From: Botryllus schlosseri
Lineage: Eukaryota
Direction: 5' to 3'
Length of the DNA stretch: 64,000 nt
Assembly: GCA_051294905.1 (NCBI GenBank)
Contig: CM119371.1
Coordinates: 31,374,001 to 31,438,000 of the forward strand
Under the pieces are notes generated by a model. That model saw only the letters and a list, made by a program, of their open reading frames with translations. It was not told the DNA's origin and did not search any database. Below, piece by piece: positions 41,201-56,200 of the stretch; positions within the stretch are counted from its first letter, which is position 1, and each line of letters opens with the position of its first letter. The translations under genes and the position numbers were made by a program.

Positions 41201-44200
41201 AAATCATGTATCTATTTACGTTGTCAATGTGGTCGATTCCTTTAACAGGGCATAGACATGTAATCCCTTGAATCCGACATATTAGCCATGGCTACAGTGT
41301 CATCATGATATCAATGAATACACCTATGCACAAATAAGTATCGTTTGCGTTAAACTAGATGCGAGATAGGCTAGTGCTGAATATAGCGGTTCCGCTTCTC
41401 CCGAAATACCATTGAATTTCTATGATGGACCTGACTGCCAAGTGAATACTGTTCAGATATTTTTATATTAATCAATGACATCTGGTGCAAGGATTTTCAG
41501 TATTTTTGCTCCCGACCAACTACAGCAGTTGCTCTTAACCTTTTTTCCTGGGGCGCCCCTTTTCGAAAATTGCCTAGTTCTGGCGCCATCTCAACCATCG
41601 GATACGGGCTCATACCGTCTGGTAGTGTTGGAATCAAGTCGCCACCTTCGAGTCACAGTCAATTCGAGTCATTGCACATTTTGACTCGAGTCAAGTCAAG
41701 ACATCCGTCTCTGACATCATTTGTGAGCACGATCATTAATGTAGGCCTATATATTGGTAACAAAACATGGAATATGCTCAAACCATATATTGTCAGTGTG
41801 TGTAATGTCTGTGGATGAATTTACTATCATTGATTTTCGTTACAACAATTCGCATTTCAGCTCTGATTTATATTTGTGATACTCATTTCAGTATACAAGT
41901 ATACGAGTTATTTTGTTGATATATTTAGCCTTAATTTTACGATAAAGACTGAAGCCATGAAGTGATGGCGATATGCCGAAAATCCGTATAAATCTGATGG
42001 TGAATTGCGAAGAATACAGCAGAGGCGAAGGCAACTGTTTCTGAAATATCGTCCTCTTAGCATTGGTTCAACCTGCAGCGATAATGTCAATGATCAGCCG
42101 ACTATCACTACTGAAGCTATCTGGTTGGCAGTACATCGCACAAATATGTAGCCAGTTGAATCAACCATATATCAGAGACAGAGACCACACCAAGCCTAAA
42201 CTCGGCTGAAATCATTCACAATTAGGCTCTGAATAACGTTAGCGTGCCACACAGTGAATATGCTGCTGATGGTAGCTCTGCGTTGCCTAAATCCAATTCT
42301 CCCCGTCAAGACACGGACTTGTATGATAAACCAGATTTTGTCTATATTCGAATTCAAGAGATAAGATATGCTTATCTCAAGAATTGGAATAGTTGTATTA
42401 AACTTGCCTCGGAAAGAATAACTCTCTATTCGACTGAAATCAATGTGTCGTTCCATGCATTTTATATGACTGTCTGTCTGTATTTGATCGTTATTTTATC
42501 TGTATGATTGTGTTGAATTATAACTAATATGACAATGAAAACATGTTGTCAAATTGTGATGTCTTGCAGCATAAAGGTCAATATGTCTGCCAGAAAGCAA
42601 TAATGAATCAGGCAGTGCTAGCATTAAATAGCGGTTGCAAGCTGCAGTGGCGAGCGGCAACAAAAGGGTTAAAGAGTATGCAGCTGAACTGCGAAAACTG
42701 TATCTTTTAAAGCATCATTTCGGCACCCACACCATTTAAGCCTTTACCAATTGTTGTCAAGTATTATAAACTAGTACTATATCGTTCATATTTTAATTAG
42801 GCAATAGTTTCGTTAAGATTAGCACTGAGCAAAAAGACACCACTCCTCGCCACGTCATCCACGGAAGCGGTGTCTTACAAAAAGCCTAGAGGTGGGCCGT
42901 GCTATAAATCGGCAGTTACGGAAAATAATGAAGAATATCGTCCTGGTGTACATGACCATAGTAGTCGACAAACACCATGAATACCACAAAACAAACAAAC
43001 AAACACCAATATATATAGAATACTACTAGTCCACGACAACAATGCTATATTAACTACGTATGTGGTTAATTTATTTTCAACTTTAGCGACGGAAGCTCAT
43101 TAAAATCAGGCTGCGCTATCGTTGACTGACTTTTTGCTCACACGGGTCATACCAGGGTGTCGAGAGCGACGTAGCTGACTACGATTTCTTGATGACTTCA
43201 AATTTACCGGAACATTTTGCTTCGAGTCACGAGTCAATCCACATTTTTGAGACACCGAGTCAAGTCAAGTCATGTTCGCAAAGTGACTCGAATCATCCTA
43301 CCACTGCCATCTGGTTCGATCCCGCTGTACACATCCCGAATTCACCTCTGCGATTGGCAGCACGGGGTCGGTAATTCTATCTGGTTTTGTTTTATCGCTT
43401 TCTGTAACTAATAACTGTACTGGGATAGTGGTAGAGATCTTCGCTCACATTGAATTTAGTATCGCACCCAGTGACTTTGACATGAATGTATTCCAAACAA
43501 ATCGATCCACATTATATAACGTTCATGTGAGGTTCTGGGTCACAACAATGGACAGAATTATCCTTTAAGATACCACGGAGAAATATTCTGAAGATTTAAT
43601 CGTCTAGCTCTCAAATACAATTATATTTATTTAATCATTTTCTCCAAAAAGCTCCAATGCGTCTTGACTGACCAAAGGGCTATCACTCCCAGAAGTGATA
43701 CAGCGCCTCTTTCTTCGATGTCGACATGCTGTGCGCTGCAGCATAAACTATCTATTTCAAAACAATTCGTGGAAAATACCCCGAGCAAGTGTGACGGAAG
43801 TGTTTTAACGGGGAATTGGCGATCTAAAAGTAAGCGTATTGCATTTTACATTAAATTTAATTAACCATCATCTTTATGGAAACATGTTGGAAACATTGAC
43901 GGTGGGTATTTCGCGGCGACCGCGACGAAAAATTTCGATTTTCGACAGATTTCGTAGGATGTACTTTGCAGTGTTAACTCAACTTATTTTGCTGTATAAT
44001 CATATGTTCTTACTGCACCCTCTACTTGCAACGACATTTCTCTTCAGCCCAGCTGCCCCTCAATACCCCCTGAGCGTTTCCAGCCCTTCAAAATCAAAAT
44101 CGCGACCAAGTTAAGGAACACTGTACTATAAAGTAACAAAAAAGATCATTGACTATTTAAATTCAGGTAAACCCAAGTTTCAACAACATATTAAATTAAT

Positions 44201-47200
44201 CGCATCATTTGAGTCAATTGACAAATCACAATCCACTGAAAGTTGATTAAAAGGTAGTTATTGCATTCTGTCCATAAGACTTCGCTTTAGAAGTGCAGTA
44301 GATAAGAGTTCGAGGTGTGTGCAAGACGAAACATCAAATCTGTTGTGTGGTGTGGAATTTAGGTATACAATTGAGATGAATAGGTACGCTGAATTATACA
44401 GCCACGCCGTGGTGAGAGCTGGTAGTTTTATAAGACGGATTTTGCGACGACAGACTCATCTGGGAATATCGCACAACAACCCAAATAAAATATCATAATT
44501 ATAATATTTAAATAACTATTAGCTCAATTAGGTCTTCTCTTCTCGCAATATACTTGCTCAACAACGATAAGAAATTTATTCCGCTAAAATATGAAAGCAT
44601 TGCCGCAAAATCTCCGAAAAGCAGGAAACTGAATAGCAAAGTTTATAGCAGGACGAGAACTGCTACGGTTCTGAGCAATAATAATGTCACAAACGTAACA
44701 TCAGAACGAGATTCTTTGCCATTTTCCGGCCGTCCGCGGTCCCACATTTGTTCGTAGAAACGAGATTCTGATATTTCTGCATGTAATGCAAGCTGCATGG
44801 CTGACTAAAACTGAGTGATGGGCCATAAGCTACAGGTTAAAAACGTATCTTTTATTGACTACTCACTCTTAACGAAGTATAAAGCTGAATAGTATATTTA
44901 TATCGAATTGAACCCGAATATTTTCGGCTGACACCCGTCAGGGGTACTCGTCAGCAACTCCTAACTATATAAATATATTTCGTGAAAGGATTGTTGATAT
45001 AAAATGTTCTTTCCTGTTCTCTACTAGTTGCTGAAGAGTACCCGTTACAGCAGAAAATATTCTGGTTCATTTCAATATGAATACACTATTCAGTTTTATA
45101 TTGAAGTTCCGTACTTCCAAGAAGCTCTGTTTACGAAGTGTGTAATCACCAGGCCGATTTAATATATCGCGATTGGCTTAATATATCGCAATGAGATATA
45201 TAAAGCCTCAACAAGTGCATTATATTAATCTGCCGTACGGCAGGCCGTGGGGCGCTTCCTAGGCCCTGAGCAGCTTCTGGCGCTTGTCATTCCTTATTTT
45301 ACAAGGTTCAACATGCTTCCTGAGCGCAAGTATCCATTTGAGAAAGCCTACGTTGAGCTTTCGTCAGGTTGCAAGGATCGTGCGATCTGATCAAAAGAAT
45401 TTGGCTGCTGCTGCGAAAGCGGGCACCATATCGCCGGGAGAAGCCTCGGACATGTCGCGTATCGCATGTGCGATTGGTTTGCAGACGCTGTCTGAAATCA
45501 TGAAAGCTTCGTGGGCATTCTCCAATCTCCATTGGCTGCGATGGGTCGAACAATAAGGTTTCACAGGACTCCCACCATGATTTGAGGATTCGATACCTCT
45601 CTCGGTTGTTGGATTTGAAGGCAGCGCTGAAGTCACGAATGCGTCCCATCTTCTTGCCATACCATTGTGTGCTCTCTCGCACACAGGGAAAGTTGATGCT
45701 GATCAACTTATCAAGTTCCTGGAAGCTTTGTGTTGTGATTGGCGCATGAAGTTGATCGGTTCATCAACGGATGGAGCTGGAAATATGACAGGCCGTAACG
45801 CAGGGTTCTCGACCCTCGTTAGGAATGAATCTTCGTGCAAGGAAGCGTTTTATCGTTTGCGGTGCCTTGCGCAATCAGCTCGAACTCGTCACAAAGAAGG
45901 CAGTGGCTAATATTGACGATTGTGGTGTATGAAGAATTGAACATTTATGAAGCCGTAAACTGAGGTTATCGAGTACCTTCGTCGGCAGAAGACGCTTATA
46001 CAAAGTATGGGCAGTACGAAGTGCCCGTAGGCTACTATATCACGGTTCGGTGGAAATCTTTGGCGGAGGTCTCAAAATGGTTATTAGCAAATCGTGAGAA
46101 AGTATCAACTTACATGCAACAGAAGTCTTTCGTTTATAACCCTTCATTATCATGGTATGCAATGCTACACTCGTTCTTATTGTGGTGAACTGGTGATTGT
46201 ATCGTATTCATGTTTCGCAGGTGGCTCATTCTTCAAGTCGTGGATCACTTCTTGGCATCAATGATGATCACATTTGATGCTTTGCAACTCAGCAATGCAA
46301 CAATGTCGCAGCAGATGTCGAACATTGAAAGATTGGCAGATGAACTCGTCCAGAGGTGTGGAGTAACCGTGGGCCAATCCATCACCGAACCGAGCGACGT
46401 TGCTGAAGTTGTACCACCCGGCAATGCGATCAAGATCATGCCGTATTCAGTCACTATGCAGAGGACCTTATCACGTGCATGGATGTGTCAGCCTTGGAAG
46501 ATTTTGGAAATCTGGCAAGTAATGCAGAAAGGATTTCAGTACTTCGATCAATATCGGATTTGTATCTTGTCGCTTTGAATGGAATTATGGGACTGAAGGC
46601 TGAAAGAAACTGCTATGGTCAAGAATTTGATGAAGAGCCGCGCCACACACATTTGGCCTCGATTGAGACTTCTACAGTTGGCTTCGTGCATCTCGTGAGA
46701 AAGCACAAGCTCCGCATCAAGCACAGTTTCGATGACAACTTTCTCAAGATGATCTCAGATGAGCACCTGCTGTTGCAAGAGGCCGTTACCAAGGAGCCCA
46801 GACTGAAGGTTTCGTTATTGAAGGTGGGGCACAGTGCGTCCTTCAACAAGGTGTTGGCTACCGCTGGTAAGCGTTTGTCATTTTTACGTCAGTTTTCTGC
46901 CGGTTTAACAACGGTCATGCCCACCACATCTCGTGTGGAAGCAGTATTCTCCTTCATCAACTACCGCAAAAACGAGTTCAACGCTGCACTCTCTGATTTT
47001 TCTCTTGTATAGGAGTGTTGTTTGCTCGACAAAGAAAGGACCTCGATTCGTTGTTGGCTTTTTCTACATTCTGGTGAGGTGCGATATTTGCGATATATTA
47101 AGGACTCCAATCTGCGATATTTTAAGTAATATATCGCAATATCGCATTGCGATATACTAAATCGGCCTAGTAATCACTAATCCCACTAAAATGGTGGCAC

Positions 47201-50200
47201 ACGAAAGCAGAACCTATCTAAGAATTATATCCCGGTTATACATCATATGAGCATATCTTCCTACGGCCCTAAGTGCAAGCAACATCTGGATAAACATCTG
47301 AGGTTTTATTTATACTATTATGTAAGTCTGAGATTATGATTTGATGAATAGTGCGTATATTCACACCCGTAAATGACGCGTGGTACATTGGTGTGAATAT
47401 ATACCTTTTTCATTAAGAGTGTAATCTCAAGTATAGAGCTTATTATCCAATTTCATTGTAGAGCCATACTGGTCCATCTCTTGCGAACAAAGCATACCAA
47501 AATCTATAGCGGCGGTTCGCGAACTACCATCCCGGGGAGCAAAAATTAGCCTGACGATGCAAATACTGCAAGCGGGCCCTGAGACTCAATGGAACGCGTA
47601 GAAAAGATGGTGTGACTATATTACAATAGTCTTCATTGTGTTTTATACTTTACTAGTACACCTGCTACTTGAGAGGCTTTAGTCAGGGTTTGTAACAAAT
47701 AGTCTATGCCAGGGGTGTCAAACATACGAAATGCCAGACGATTTCATCCTGCGCGCGGCGCAATTCTGTGTAGATTGAAAGATTGTTATATCATTCAGCA
47801 CATTTGTAGCAAATGCAGTTTACAAGGAAAATATATTAGTTGCATAAATAGATATTTGTTGCTGTGTCACTTCCGTTTCGACCCAATAGATCCCCAGACA
47901 CGAGAGAAACGGGGATCGCAGTTAAAACCAAATTAAAACTTCCGCGTTTCCAATTCAATATATTGTATTGCTAACAAGGCATATGCAAAACTAACGCCAG
48001 ATTACTAATAAATCGTTACGCGTTATTTTCTTGTTTAGCAGACCAGCATTGAAGTTTTCTGTGCAAAGCACATGAAGCATAACTTCGCTCTTTTAAGGAA
48101 TTTTTTATCTCAAATGCAGCATTGCCTCTATTTTCAGAGGTAAAATTATAATATGGTGAAGTAAATTACAGTTAATTTTAGCGACCCCTCATACATTTAG
48201 TTAACTTCCATATCACGCATAGTGTTAATTCAGTGTCCTGTAAAACTTCGTCCTCTTACATACTTGACTGATTGATAAGATGGAGAGCGGGTAATACCAT
48301 AGCATTTTATGGAAAGGTGTGCTGAGGCAAAAAAAAACAAGTTTATGAGTTACCGCTCAATACCAAAACTATCATTTGCATCAGACAGTTGAAATTTTAT
48401 ACATATTTTATACGTGTATGTAACCAGGACCGTAACTATCGCACCGCAAACCCCTCAACTGGATGGAGGTCGGAGCTCGAAGAATGCACGAACTTATTTC
48501 GTGAACTAACATGAATTATAGAATAATTATTTTGAAACTTTATCTATCTTTTTCAATTTTCTCGCTCCATGCGCGATCTAATGGTGTCAAATATCTTGAT
48601 TGCTGGGTACCCTTCCCTGAAAAAAAATACGCATAATGGAAATGGGCATTTCGGCGTCGGCCATTACCGCGCCACGACGCACCAAGGCATGTGAAGTTTT
48701 AGGTCATATAGCATGAGACTCTGAGAAGTATGTTAGAACGATCAGCAGCGAGAAAAAAAAAATTGGCTGAAAAAGACTGCCCTCATGCTGACCGAAAACT
48801 TCGATATATATAGCCTAATTGTCCATTGGCTGCTAAATGTCTGGTGCCAAATGTTGCTATCTTTGCAATCTGAACGCCAGAAGACAAATGTCATCACACG
48901 CAGAAAAATCATTTGCCAGTGCAGAATACCAATTTGAAAATGTGTGTGTGTATGTTTGGGCGATTTCAATATATTTTGTCATAGCAGACAGGAGGTCACG
49001 AAATAACATCATATATAGAAGTCATCTTATCAGCAGGTATACCCGAATTTGTTTAATTATTATTCGGGGGCCCTGTATTTTCAAGACATCTCCCTCAGCT
49101 TTACCGGTAAATCTGATTGCGTGTAGCAAAGACAGGATAAAATTGATACCAATATTTATGCAATTCCCGATCTTATTGACCAATTTAATCACGAATTATA
49201 GAAAATTTTCGCGCTTGCCGCACGTATATGTGATATAAGCTGTAGCGGGTGATGTATAGGGTGATGGAGTCTTGGGGGCGAGGCACCCATGAGTATGGTT
49301 TGTCACCCCATGGCGGTCCCAAGACTAACATTTGTTTTGGGATGGCCTAACTAAGTGCTGTTTCGGTACTGGTAGTAACACGAACCGAGCACTCTAAACC
49401 GTGCGCATATCACAGTGTCAAGCTTTTGGCAGCCGGTGAGAGCATTTTGATGAATAATCTTCAAAGCACCCACTTGCTCGTGTAATATTCAAAGCCAACC
49501 AATTCTATTTCCACTTGAAGTAGTTTTGGACTTCTTCCAAAAGCGCTTTCTATTCCTACTTGAGTAGGATTGTGCGCCGATACTTCTACTTCTCCTTTAT
49601 TGAGTACCTTGATTTGGTACGTTGGCCACCTCAGACTTATATCGTTTGAGTGGTTTTGAAATGACAAAGAACTATAAATTCGAAAGATGAATCGCAGTCT
49701 TGCCTTATTTTCGTCTGAAACTGCACATTACCTCCTTGAATAAAACCGAGTAAATTTCGGCAATTGAAATTGACTTGAATTTGAAAAATGAATTTTCTTT
49801 ATTCATCGACATTTAATATAAAGCAGCTAACGCTCCTCGCCCGCACAATGAATCGTATGTATTACTTACTTGCAATTTGTAATTCTATTACAATAGTCCT
49901 TTGCTGGAAGACATTCCCTCCCATTGGCGCAGGAAAATTCGTTCGCTTTACACGAGCTGCCTAGAATTGAAGAAACGCCACAATATCAGCAAAATTAGAT
50001 ACAATTCCAACGAAGTTCAGACGAGTTGGGGGTTGGTACGGTGATTGCTTTACCGGGAGATGAGACATATATCTACCCTTTGTAGCAAATCTTAACCATC
50101 TGCGCTCACTAGAACGATAAGTATGGAATGGTAAAATAAAATTCCGGCTTAAAAGAGGCTGCCGCCACCAAGGGGTTAACATAAATCATAAAAATCTCCA

Positions 50201-53200
50201 GAAAATCGCGATCGCCTGAATAAATGATCCTGACGTTATTTACAATCGGTGAAGTTCGGTTATCAGATCTTGTGGGATTAGTCTCGTAATGTTATTATTA
50301 AGTTATAGTGATACCTGTACAAGTGTACATTGTGTAGATAGTTTGGAAATCCATTAGTGCATCGATAATTTCATTCCTTACTGGCGAACTTAAAATATGG
50401 AACGGGAATCTATTGCAGTTACAGAAATCCAACAAAGTATGCGACTGGTCAGGCCTGGTTTACCTCGTGAGTGATTTTGTTTCGTACGTGTTCACTTTTT
50501 CAGAAACCAGGTAAGCTTTTCAGGAAGATTCAACACTCTCATACGATATCTCATGCATTGTAACCGACCAACATCAGCCTTGGTAAACAGCCGATCGATA
50601 TTTATTGGCCTGTGAGCAATGACGTCTCGTAATTTCTACGGCTGTTCCATGGCAGAAGGTCTTCGGGACAGATTGATTCATGATAGGGCGCCTTAAAGTA
50701 CTGGTCTAGGGTGTGAAACATTTGATCGCGGCCACACTACAGCGATCGTTTAATGTGTAGCGCAGAGGTCTCAAACACGCGGGCCGCATGCGGCCCGCCA
50801 GAGCATTTTGTGCGACCCGCGACGACATTTTCGATTTTTATTAATTTGACAATATATAAGTGTCACATATATCTTTTCAGGTTATAAAGTTAAAATCCCC
50901 TCTTAAATTTCTCCGAAAGCCTGAAACTATTCATCAAACTGCACTATCGCACCAATTGCAAACGCTATCCTGCAGTGTGACAAAACCTGACCCTTAGACG
51001 ATTCGTGACTGAAATTTGTGAGTTGGACTTGGACGCGACCTTTCTTAGAATTACTCAGACTCGGGCTAAGTCGATGGCAAATTGAAAATGACTTGAGTGG
51101 ACTCGGAGTAAAACGGAATGCCGTGAATTTGTTAGAACCATGGACGCAACAAACTAGTCGCGTATCAGGGGAATAGTAATTACAATAGATCAGAAGGACG
51201 CAGCTTGGCATTTCGCTAACTAAGCAAGTAGTTATGGTAGCCATTGGCAATCTGTTAACATCTTTGGTCGCTAAACCATGTTATTAAGGTCACTCAAAGG
51301 TACTTAATTCCGTAGTGGAACGTTCCAACGATGTAGCCTAACAACAATATGCCGTTCGGCGTTCCGACATTTTAATCACTAGGACACATTCATTCATATA
51401 TTTATGTTATATTTATATTTTTTCTGCTCTTATATTTGAAGATGTTTGGCCATGAGATTAATAGCCAACTTATTAGAGGTATACCCGTATCCTGGGTTGG
51501 AATTACAATGCTTAACCTAAAAATGTTTTGATGTCAGATCAGTCTCTATAATCAATTTGATAAATTCAAAATATACATAGTAGCTGCAAAATCATAACCC
51601 ACTAGCTTTTATGATGGCATCATCCATTTTTCCGCCCATATGGTGTCTATATCTTATAATTAATACATATCAAGTACCACAACAATTCTATTCAAATAGT
51701 TATAAATGTGATGATTCTTCTCGTGCCAGGCATAAAATGATACAAAAGTAAATCACATTTTGACGATGTGTGTTTGCTGTCACTCTGCTGGATCGGCTCA
51801 CTCTCAATAGGACAATCCATTTCCGCCGAATAGAGCCTACTTGGAAAGACATAGAATACCGCTCTAAATGCTGCGGCCCGAGGCGTCAACAAAACTGGAA
51901 AACTGGCCCGCGAGCACGTTTGAGTTTGAGACCTCTGGTGTAGCGTATGTCAAATTTGCTGAATTTCTTGCAACAGAAAATTTCTTCAAACTTCGCGCGA
52001 TCTCCTGTAGGCAATTTTCATAGCTCGGAGTTCACTGTGTTAGGTAGGCCAACTATAGTCATTAAGCAACACGCACATAAAGGTGGTTATACCAATATGG
52101 CAAGAATATGAAAATGTGCCAACCATTATATTGTAGATTTTGGTTTTATATGACAGTAATATATCTATATCCTTGGTTTCTCTAAAAAAAAGTGTAATTG
52201 GGAGAGAGTGGGACATACCTGTCGCAACCCAAATCTCCAATTGCGGGGGAGGGGCAAACATTCACCAACTGGAATGCTAAATTGACACCAGTTGTTGTTG
52301 TTGCCGTGGCGGGTAAATTGGGATCGCGGAATAAAATAGCTTGCACAACTCCTGATCTAAATCATATACCCATTTCACATGCCGAAGGGCGCACCTTGTT
52401 ATTCAGTGCTTGATTTTGCCACATAAATCGTGTAATTCAATGATGCAGAAGTCCCTTTCAAATTACAAATGCCCTACAAGGAGTTTGTGAATATAAAAAG
52501 GTTGAAACCATCGATATACCCATAGAACCTGATAAAAATTGTTTTGCATATATGATACTATGAAGGATAATTGTCTCGTGATATCAACCTCGCTAAATCA
52601 CGTTTTGTAGAACTGCGTTGTGTCTCCACCTTCTCTATTTCATACATAACCGTATAAACCTAGCGTAATACCATTCTCAATATGTTTATGTCGATGCGCG
52701 AGGCTTGGGTCGCGAGATGTCTATAAGACTCAGATTTGGCCCATGCTCGAAAAAGAACCACTGATTTATGAGGTCGATATAGGGAATCAATTCCTATCGA
52801 AAATATTGCGAACATGTGTTTTCCGGCCATACCACAAGTACGCACATTACACATCAAGTACTTAGTGTACTTAGATGGAATATTATTCCAAAAAAATGAA
52901 GTTTATACCAAGTATAAGTTTCAAATTATTTTCATAATTCAAAGTTTTTTTTATATATTTCGGCGTTAGCAAATATATTAGCGATGGTGTGAACCCCTAA
53001 AAGGTTCTGGTACGTGTGAACGCGACTCTTTCGGAAAGGTTCGGTGTCAATACGAACGTAAACACGAAACTATGGCGTCAGGTGACGTCGCTAATTCCAA
53101 CTCTACATTTCCATAACGACGACTCAACCCACATTATGCCACAATGCTTAAGTTCAGGCTGTCTTTTTAAGCATTACCAAATGTATCGACTTAAAAAATC

Positions 53201-56200
53201 AAATGCTATATTATTTGATTTTTACAAAAATCAATATCCCCAGACGCTTTGCCAACAATTTCGACGGGGACTCGCAAGGGAATACAAGCTCACGCGATAC
53301 CAGTCCAGGTTAGACAGGGCAATGTATCCTATTCTTGAGACGTCAGTAGGTATATGAGACTAATTATCCTCACCGTCACACATTTCATCCATGTACGGAA
53401 TCAGATTGACTGGTAACTCGCATATTCGATGGTCATAGTGAGGATACTGCGTCCTTAGGCGGCATAGTGTTCCGTTGCTATCGATCCTTTCCAGTATTTC
53501 CCAGGGTTCATCAGTTTTGTCACTAAACAAACACCATAGAAATGTTCAAGGCATGTATTTTGTAATAGGCAAGAGCAGTGATTTTCAAACTGAGGGCGTG
53601 AAAGCATCTGAATGAGTCAAGAAGCTGTGGTTAATGAAAAAAAAATCGCGCTATGCGTGATATACCTCAAATCCATATCTTTCGCCATGTGTATAGTCCG
53701 AATTTCATATTTGAGAATTCTTTCATCAGCAGTCATAACCTTCCATGCCGTCAAGCTATCCGTTGAAATTGCTAACATTCTGATTGCATTTTGTGACATG
53801 ACGATAAAGGGGCGCGAAAATTTCACTATCATAAAGGGGAGCGTGCCTAAACAAGCTTGAGGATCGCTGGGCTGGAGTAATGGTTCTTAAACTAGGTTCC
53901 GCGGACCTTTGTGAGCCCGTCAGAAGATTCTCAAAGAAATATAACTGTAGAATATAAAAATATGAAGTCCACTTATTTTCCGAACCAAGCTCGGAGTGAG
54001 CTTTATTTTGTAAATCTACACACAGGTAAGGTTTTTAGGGGTTGTTTGAGTACGATATTCATTAGGGATGGTGTGAACGCGAGGCTCACGTTCGCGTTCT
54101 GTGTGCGAACCTCGGAAATTTAGAGGCTCACGTTCACAAACGAACCTTGGTAGGCTCTGCACAGTGAACTTTTGTCATTGATTACAATTTTCACTTCATT
54201 ACAACATCTCAGATGGTTGAAATTTATTGTATTTCAACTGCGGACGACTATAGGAATGGCGCCGGCAACATACAAAAATCAAGCACTAGACGAGAATGCG
54301 CCTTGACAATGACCAAAATTTTGCTTGCTTTGTTACAAAAGTTTGCTCGAATATTTAGTGACTCTCTGCAGTGAGCTTGACCTGCAATCATTCACACAAC
54401 GTCAAGAGCGAAATACACTACATGTAGGTAGTTAGCGAATGATGCTCATTCAAACAATCAATGAAATTGATATCGTTGTCTGATGTAAAAAATGGGGTCA
54501 ATATTGATTCTTGGCTACTACTGTATAACTTGTTAATGGGTTAATATCGGCGGTAAGTATACAAATCCAATTTACACTGAGCACAATATCAGCGTAGCAA
54601 TGCTCAGGCGCCGAATACATTGTCCGGTTTGGCCTATACCGTTAAATGCGTAAGCTTATATTTCCTTGCAAGTCCTCGTCGAAATTGTTGGCAAAGCGAC
54701 GGATAATATTGATTTTATGGGATTATTATAAAATTGGATTGCCCCAGTTGATACATTTGGCGACGTTTAAAATGTCAATATGTACTTCAGCATTGTGGCA
54801 TTATGTGGCCCTGTATAGTCGTTACTAGGTATCGGTATCGTATACATTAATATAGGCGATCACTTCACTGAAATGTAGGGCTCGAATTAGCAATATGACG
54901 TCACGTGACGTCATGAGGTTCACACAATCCCTATTATTCATGGTGTTTTGACTACATTGGTTATTTTACACCTGGTCGGTATACTTTATTTTGATTCTGC
55001 ATTTGCCGGCTTGTAGCACGGCTCAATACTAGGCTTTTTAAGACACCACTTAGGTAGGAATTCTCGAGTCGACCTTGGCGGACTCGAACCTGCAACCCAT
55101 TGGTGTTTCAGCTGTGGGTTATACCACTACGCTATTCAACGGAAATTTATTCTTCACGCTTCTCGTGATCGTCGATAGTGGTCGTCGATAGTGGTATGTC
55201 CGTGTACAGAACTAGGCAGCACGTTCTGCAATTTGACCCCCACCAAACAAATGCTACATCGAATCCAATATTGTGCCATTGCTGAAATGCCAGTTTTCAT
55301 TGGTGTGAATATATCTATCAAGTTGATGTGGTACTTGTAGTCAATTCCAATTTCGTTTGACCAAAGCGACAGTCAGACAGTGCAAAACTAACTTTACATT
55401 TAAAATCTGCATAATTTCGTAACTAATTGTACTCGACGAAATCATCACGTCACCACAACGCTAAAAAGTAAGTTATAAGCTAGTTTCTTGCTATTCCGCT
55501 GAAATCTCAACATCTTGGTAATTTTCACAAGTTTTCGACGGCTTTAAAAGTCTAATAAAAAACTAGAATGGTATGTAGTGTAATGTGTAGGCGGACACTA
55601 CCTTATAACTAACGTATACTATCAGCATTGCGGTGACCGATGGGAATTCTATTCTGTAAGCCAGAGGTGCACAAACCTTTGGGCTCGGGGGCCGCATTCA
55701 ACATTTAAATCCATTCGCGGGCCGCACTATATTAAATTGAGATTATTAGCCAAAAGGCAATATTGGTATTCAATCATAAAGCAGTGGTTCCGAAACTTTA
55801 TTAGACACGCCGCCCTTATGATATTGAACATTTCGCGCCCCCTTTATCGTGATATCATTAAATATCCAAGATAGAAATAAGAATGCTAGCAATTCCGGCG
55901 GATAGTATTATGACATTGACGGGTATGGCCGTAGACGAGAAAATTATCCAATGGGAAATTTGGACAATAGACAGAGTAATAACCATGAATTGAAGGCAAA
56001 TTTCGCCGTGCGCGAAAAACAGTTTACTGTGGTTCCGTGACCTCTCACTGCGGCTTCGCGCCCCCTTTGAGATGCTTCCACGCCCTAAATTTTGAGAACC
56101 ACTGTCATATAGTGACCGAATAAATATGGATATATAAGTGGAGCGTCCTCCGTAACCAGTTTGTCATTTCCGTTTTGAATTTCTGTGATGTTTAGCCATT

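Noticed and set aside
45308..45706. Minus-strand ORFs (132 aa, 97 aa) within the 2-kb hAT element
   Set aside because: Antisense shadows of the plus-strand transposase remnant.
55065..55142. Functional tRNA gene
   Set aside because: A and B boxes are present, but I could not fold a convincing acceptor or anticodon stem, and it is attached to a repeated SINE body.
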